Shown here in pieces: positions 8,334 through 11,826 of a stretch of 11,826 bases of DNA. Below the pieces are notes generated by a model, which did not search any database, had not been told where the DNA came from, and saw only the letters and a list, made by a program, of their open reading frames with translations. The stretch covers positions 1 to 11,826 of the forward strand of contig JAYGCN010000059.1 in assembly GCA_046583315.1 (NCBI GenBank), written 5' to 3'. The stretch's first letter is position 1. Each line of letters begins with the position of its first letter. Position numbers and translations under genes: made by a program. Source of the stretch: Candidatus Hydrogenedentota bacterium (GTDB lineage: Bacteria; Hydrogenedentota; Hydrogenedentia; Hydrogenedentales; GCA-2746185).

Positions 8334-9363
8334 ATGAGTCTGTGTTTTGCCTGTGGACACGATATGCTGGATTCAATTCGACCGACAAGGGTCAATCAAG
8401 TAGTCGGGTGCAATCAGCGCCTGAACATATCAAGAATCGAGTGGCAAGACGATACCATGAGCATTGAACCCATTGTCGTGTTCCCACCCATCGCAGAATC
8501 GGTTTCGCCCGACACCATCATGGCCGAAGTACTCGACAACGTACCCGATGCCATTACGCATCTCCCCGTACTGAATGAAATTCCCCAAGAAGTCGTCTCG
8601 ATGATTCACATCACTACGATTCCTATTTCAGACGTAGTGAGCGTCATCAAAAAAGACCCTGCCCTGTCAACCAGCATCCTCAGCATGGCCAACAGTGCGT
8701 TCTATGCCACCGTCACAGAAATCACGACCTTCCCACTGCATGTAGCCGGTTGGGCGCACGCGCGGTTTCCAATATCGCCAATACCCTGTCCTGTTCCAAT
8801 CAATACAAATCAAAAGACCCCGCAGCACGCAAATTCATGGAGTCCCTCTGGAAACATGCCATCGTCACGGCCCACTGTTCCGAGGCGCTTGCCCTCAAAT
8901 TTGGTATGGAAGTAAACTGGCGTTTATCGCCGGACTCCTCCACGACATCGGCAAGGTCGTTCTCGTGGACATCATTACGACGCGATATGCCGATGCGGCC
9001 GGGCGACTGGTCGCGAAACCCGAAGTGTTGCTCAAAGCCATCGCGCCGTTTTCATCAATCGTAGGCCTCCACGTGATACAACATTGGAAATTGGCCAACG
9101 AACTGACGTTTTCAACCCTGTACGTTGAGCACCCAAATTCCACGCCCCACGCGACCTGTATTGATCTTGTTAATTGTGTGCGATTGGCGAGCGATATTGC
9201 CGATCAAACCGGTTTCACCGTATTGGGAGAGTCAAGCAAAGGATTTGAGGACCATCCCTCCCTTGAGCACTGCGGTGCAACAATGGAAGAACTCGAAGCG
9301 CTTAAAGGCGAAATGGAAGAACTGATAGCCTCCGTGATGGGCGTGGTGGGCAGCGTCGCCTAA
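8334..9363 (+). pseudogene. Zinc-ribbon + HDOD domain protein, copy 2, with two 1-nt deletions (about 8731 and about 8915)
   Basis: SD AGGAGG precedes ATG 8334. Three consecutive frames join to give ...DPALSTSILSMANSAFYATVTEITT/PTACSRLGARAVSNIA...LWKHA...GMEV/LAFIAGLLHDIGKVV...HWKL...VRLASD. 1030 nt plus the 2 missing nt gives 1032 nt, identical in length to copy 1. Confidence 0.88.
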
Positions 9364-9370
9364 GCAACCC

Positions 9371-11518
9371 CTACTCGGTCGCCAACAAGCTAATCGTCTT
9401 CCACCCACCAATACTGAGAATTGACGGTAGATAAAATTCGTCCGCCCAGCGGGGGTCGTCATCGGCTATCGAAAAATCATCGGGCGTATATTCGAAGTAC
9501 AGATTCCTATCCACCGCTTTCGCCAATGTCGCCCAAAGTCGTCCATCACCCTTCGCTTCAACGGACACCTCGCCGCTCATGTCCCGACGCGAATGGATGT
9601 ACGCAACCGCCGTAATGACATCCTGAACCCGGTACGCGGTATCCGTCGGCTGAAAGGTATCCATGAACCCGCCGATTCGTGTTCGTTCAGTCCGCGCATA
9701 AGGCGAATGATGTTCACCTGTCAAAAACGTATCGATCAGCAACACAGCGTTGCCGTCCGAAATATGTTTCGCCGCCGCATCCACCAGCTCACCCGAATTC
9801 GGATCGAACCAATCCTTTTTCCCATTCGTAGATACAAGCACAACCGCATCCTGCCGCCCCGCTTCTTTGGCCCGATACAGAATCGCTGGAATCGCATCGC
9901 CCGTAGCACGGCGGCGAATCACCCACCGCTCCACAACCTGCTCACCACGCTCTTGCATGGATACGCGCTCCGGCGCGAAGTCGTTACTCTCAGGAAGCGT
10001 CGTACCCAATATCGCGTTGAGCGCGGGAGTGTAGGACTGCAGGTCGTTTTCCGAACGCTGGTTGAATTCCGACTGAATGGTCGCGACAACCTCATCGCTT
10101 GAATCATTGCCCTCGAAGTTCTCACCGAAGATGCGCAGATCCTCAATCGAATCCATCTCAAAATCCGGCTCGGTAAAATCACTCCACTCCCTCGATGGAT
10201 CAATCAAATGTTTGCCGAAAAATCGATACATGGCCTCGCGACTGGCCTTGTTATAGTTGTGTCCGTAGTCGAGATGCACATTTTCGATATTGTTTTCAGC
10301 GTTGTATAGTTGGTAGATGCTGCGAATCGCGGGGTGCTCGACGTGCGGCGTCTCACGAGTCCAGTCGCCCGTCGTGGAAACCATCAACAACGGCCTCGGG
10401 GCCATCATGGCACCAATCTCCATGTTCGAATTATTAAAACGAATCAACGGCGCATTCTCACATATGCACCCGCCCTGCATCGTCGATGAAATCATGTTCA
10501 CCGGCGCGGCGACCTTCACGCGATCATCCACCGCCATCAGCGCGAAGGTCTGCGTGCCACCACCCGATGCACCGGTCACGCCCAAGCGTTCCGGATCTAC
10601 ATCCGGCAGGCTCTGCAGAAAATCGAGTCCCCGTATGCCGCCCCACAGCTGCAACGCAAAAGGGTGTATGCCCCACAACTTCAACTCATTGCTCGACCAC
10701 CGATGCTCGAACTGCATGCTGTCGTTGTAACCGACCATATCCACCACGAATGTAACCGCGCCCATGCCCGCCAGCGTAATACCTCGTCCGGGTACCGAGT
10801 TCACGTCTGTGTTCACCAAACGCCCCTCTTCCCAATGCCCATGCGGAGAGTACACCGCGGGAAAGGGTCCGTCCCCGACAGGCCGATACAGATTCCCCGT
10901 CACCAGATAACCCGGCCACGCTTCGTAGGAAACTTTCTCCACCGAATAATCCTCGTGCCGAACCCTGCCGAACACTTTCGCGTTCAACGGCGTTTTTTCA
11001 GGAAGCGGAAAGAGTCCCGACGAAGTCAGGATGGCAACCCGTAACCGCGCGGCTTTCTGATCCCAGGATTCCAGTGTGTACTCCGGAAAGGTAAAAACAG
11101 TATCTGTATGTTTCGCCATCTGCGCTCTGCGATCACGAACCGCCTCGGGAGTTGAATACACGCGTGTCTTTTTCGTTACGGCCTCGGGTCGAAAATCACT
11201 ATCCAATGCAAACACCACCGAGGCCACCCGCTCGCCGAACTCCAGCGTATGATCGCCCGCTTTCAGCGCTTGCGTGCCGAGGTTGTACCAGATAAAGTCC
11301 GATTTGTCGTCCCGAACACGTGGAAGTTTCAGCGATTCACCATCAATAACCAATGCCCCATCCCGACTCGTTCCAATACGCGGGGCCCACACCCAAATCG
11401 TATAATCCCCTGTTTCCGAAAGGGTTATGGCGTTCCGGGAAGTCTCGGTAGCGTCCACCCATACCGCGCCCGGACTCGATGCGCCCACCAGACATGCAAC
11501 AGTAATCGCCAAAATCAT
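9371..11518 (-). CDS. Secreted alpha/beta-hydrolase fold protein (acetylxylan esterase-like / dienelactone hydrolase-like)
   Basis: Short hydrophobic signal-like N-terminus, VTGNLYRP, PHGHW, DMVGY, RGLDFLQSLPDVDPERLGVTGASGGGTQ (nucleophile elbow), GGCICEN, APRPLL, GDW and GHNY (candidate Asp/His). SD AGGAG. 715 aa. The substrate cannot be determined from sequence. Confidence 0.88.
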   Translation of the reverse strand: MILAITVACLVGASSPGAVWVDATETSRNAITLSETGDYTIWVWAPRIGTSRDGALVIDGESLKLPRVRDDKSDFIWYNLGTQALKAGDHTLEFGERVASVVFALDSDFRPEAVTKKTRVYSTPEAVRDRRAQMAKHTDTVFTFPEYTLESWDQKAARLRVAILTSSGLFPLPEKTPLNAKVFGRVRHEDYSVEKVSYEAWPGYLVTGNLYRPVGDGPFPAVYSPHGHWEEGRLVNTDVNSVPGRGITLAGMGAVTFVVDMVGYNDSMQFEHRWSSNELKLWGIHPFALQLWGGIRGLDFLQSLPDVDPERLGVTGASGGGTQTFALMAVDDRVKVAAPVNMISSTMQGGCICENAPLIRFNNSNMEIGAMMAPRPLLMVSTTGDWTRETPHVEHPAIRSIYQLYNAENNIENVHLDYGHNYNKASREAMYRFFGKHLIDPSREWSDFTEPDFEMDSIEDLRIFGENFEGNDSSDEVVATIQSEFNQRSENDLQSYTPALNAILGTTLPESNDFAPERVSMQERGEQVVERWVIRRRATGDAIPAILYRAKEAGRQDAVVLVSTNGKKDWFDPNSGELVDAAAKHISDGNAVLLIDTFLTGEHHSPYARTERTRIGGFMDTFQPTDTAYRVQDVITAVAYIHSRRDMSGEVSVEAKGDGRLWATLAKAVDRNLYFEYTPDDFSIADDDPRWADEFYLPSILSIGGWKTISLLATE

Positions 11519-11680
11519 GTACTTCTCCTAGATAATCTCACCCTTCGTCGCACATTCCTTCCTGCATGGTAGAAAAATTTCTCACCGGAAAACAATGCGG
11601 ACGAAATACGTTGTGGCGCAACCACTTAGCACTCTTTTTAAGCTCGAACTGAGAAAAGTAATACTTTCATTACATTTCTA

Positions 11681-11709
11681 TTGTCACGTCGAGTCATTCA
11701 TGTTATTAT
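11681..11709 (+). promoter_or_regulatory. sigma70-type promoter facing right
   Basis: TTGTCA-17 nt-TATTAT with a TG-n extended -10, and an overlapping TATAAT at 11707-11712, in AT-rich intergenic DNA. Confidence 0.55.
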
Positions 11710-11744
11710 AATTGGTCTACTCACCGTTGAAGAAGGGCCTGCAT

Positions 11745-11825
11745 ATGCGACTTAATCAATTCTACAGAACCGTTTTGTTTACTCAACATTCAGTCAAGCG
11801 AATACTGATTACTATTACAATGCTA
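11745..11825 (+). CDS. Possible 5' end of the next gene (truncated)
   Basis: ATG 11745 follows GAAGAAGGG and is open to the window edge: MRLNQFYRTVLFTQHSVKRILITITML. Basic residues followed by a hydrophobic stretch resemble a signal peptide or TM start. Only 27 codons are visible. Confidence 0.35.
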   Translation, partial: MRLNQFYRTVLFTQHSVKRILITITML

Positions 11826-11826
11826 C

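Noticed and set aside
8725..8920. Programmed ribosomal frameshifting or phase variation in HDOD copy 2
   Set aside because: There is no X-XXY-YYZ slippery heptamer or long homopolymer/SSR at either site, and two successive shifts would be needed.
11626..11634. Perfect CIRCE half-site TTAGCACTC
   Set aside because: The second arm after 9 nt (TCGAACTGA) does not match GAGTGCTAA, and no chaperone gene is visible next to it.

Overview
Bacterial chromosomal window, mostly housekeeping with some signalling genes. No rRNA, tRNA, CRISPR or mobile element was seen. Left to right: (1) a minus-strand GldA/GldF/GldG-type ABC operon, whose GldG-like gene runs off the left edge and is missing from the ORF track; (2) a 55-aa Cys/His-rich small ORF, also missing from the track, with its own RBS, a consensus sigma54 (-24/-12) promoter, and a terminator hairpin shared with groEL; (3) groES-groEL on the minus strand, with a sigma70-type promoter flanked by TG(C/T)CA-N3-TG(G/A)CA-like palindromes and a degenerate CIRCE-like element; (4) a zinc-ribbon membrane protein followed by ftsY; (5) two tandem, gap-free colinear zinc-ribbon + HDOD paralogs, both disrupted (one in-frame TAG; two 1-nt deletions), which each repair to 343 aa; (6) a secreted two-domain alpha/beta-hydrolase (acetylxylan-esterase-like) on the minus strand; (7) an AT-rich divergent promoter region and the possible start of the next gene. 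The best candidates for new biology are the sigma54-driven stand-alone zinc-finger microprotein, the CxxC-x18-CxxC-HDOD pair and the groE operator array. All calls come from reading the sequence by eye; no database searches were run.
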